From: a virus
Virus record (IMG/VR): IMGVR_UViG_3300025892_000009
Reading direction: 5' to 3' (one strand)
DNA length: 64,000 nucleotides
Shown here: one piece after another, positions 63,056 to 64,000 of the stretch
Numbering within the stretch: position 1 is the stretch's first letter
Layout: each line of letters begins with the position of its first letter
Program-made: the position numbers and the translations under genes
Notes under the pieces: model-generated
Database searches by the model: none
Seen by the model: the letters and a program-made list of their open reading frames with translations, nothing else
Told to the model about the DNA's origin: nothing

Positions 63056-64000
63056 TTAGAGAGCATTGCCTCTAGGTAGAACTTCTTCGGGGAAGATAAA
63101 GTTTTCGTGTGGTTGATCAGCAGGTGCCAACCATGCTCTCAGTCCTTCGTTGAGAAGGATGTTTTTAGTATAGAAAGTTTCAAACTCTGGATCCTCTGCC
63201 GCTCTGATCTCCTGAGAAACAAAGTCGTAAGCACGAAGATTAAGAGCCAGACCAATGATGCCAATCGATGATGTCCAAAGTCCCATAACTGGAACGAATA
63301 GCATAAAGAAATGAAGCCAGCGTTTGTTGCTGAAAGCAATACCAAAGATCTGTGACCAGAATCTGTTAGCCGTAACCATTGAATAAGTCTCTTCTTCCTG
63401 AGTAGAATCGAATGCCTTAAAAGTATTTGCCTGCTCACCATCTTCATACAATGTATTTTCTACTGTAACGCCATGGATAGCACTGAGTAGTGCTCCTCCA
63501 AGTATACCAGCAACTCCCATCATATGGAAGGGGTTGAGCGTCCAGTTATGAAATCCCTGGAGGAAGAGGAGGAACCTGAAGATCGCCGCGACACCAAAGG
63601 ACGGCGCGAAAAACCAAGAGGACTGTCCCAGAGGATAGATGAGGAAAACACTGACGAATACAGCAATAGGACCAGAAAAAGCAATCGCATTGTAAGGTCT
63701 GATACCAATGAGACGTGCCAATTCAAATTGGCGAAGCATGAAACCAATTAGGGCGAAGGCACCGTGGAGAGCCACGAAATTCCATAGTCCCCCAAGTTGG
63801 CACCACCGCTGGAAATTCCCCTGAGACTCAGGACCCCAAAGTAGAAGAAGAGAATGACCCATAGCGTCAGCAGGCGTCGAGACAGCTGCCGTAAGAAAGT
63901 TAGCACCTTCAAGATAGGAACTAGCAAGACCATGGGTGTACCAACTCGTAACAAAAGCTGTCCCAGTAAGCCAACCGCCAATGGCAAGATAAGCAGTGGG
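63056..64000 (-). CDS. psbD: Photosystem II D2 protein (5' part outside the window)
   Basis: The frame stays open to the window edge: [62 protein letters not shown]. Confidence 0.99.
   Translation of the reverse strand, partial: PTAYLAIGGWLTGTAFVTSWYTHGLASSYLEGANFLTAAVSTPADAMGHSLLLLWGPESQGNFQRWCQLGGLWNFVALHGAFALIGFMLRQFELARLIGIRPYNAIAFSGPIAVFVSVFLIYPLGQSSWFFAPSFGVAAIFRFLLFLQGFHNWTLNPFHMMGVAGILGGALLSAIHGVTVENTLYEDGEQANTFKAFDSTQEEETYSMVTANRFWSQIFGIAFSNKRWLHFFMLFVPVMGLWTSSIGIIGLALNLRAYDFVSQEIRAAEDPEFETFYTKNILLNEGLRAWLAPADQPHENFIFPEEVLPRGNAL

Noticed and set aside
63005-63059. Pho box
   Set aside because: The TTAA-like half-sites lack the 11-bp direct-repeat periodicity.

Overview
This window is a 64-kb segment of a T4-like cyanobacterial myovirus (marine Synechococcus/Prochlorococcus-type cyanophage), almost all coded on the minus strand. 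In window order: (1) 1-5.5 kb is an early region of small hypothetical genes plus an SF2 helicase, punctuated by a repeated two-box (TGTGMCA-N10-GTGTCCAC-like) promoter element. (2) 5.5-8.3 kb is a three-gene island of a beta-class amino-methyltransferase, a candidate PD-(D/E)xK endonuclease and a ParB/Srx-like protein; this is my best candidate for an undescribed phage-borne restriction-modification-like system. (3) 8.6-15.5 kb is a tightly coupled run of Fe(II)/2-oxoglutarate and JmjC oxygenases with a tryptophan-halogenase homologue. (4) 15.5-26.9 kb holds tail-fibre/structural genes, including three tandem Gly/His-rich paralogues. (5) tRNA-Thr and tRNA-Asn. (6) Baseplate/tail module (gp5, hub and tape-measure-like proteins with lysozyme and C39 peptidase domains, gp51, gp26, gp19/54-like, gp2, gp4, gp48, gp53) with cpeT and cp12 inserted. 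(7) Replication and auxiliary metabolic genes: purS, an HNH endonuclease, gp32, gp33, exonuclease, phoH, thyX, rnh, nrdC, a small beta-barrel OMP-like gene, talC, purC, purM and the 3' part of psbD. All product calls come from motif recognition by eye; no database searches were run.
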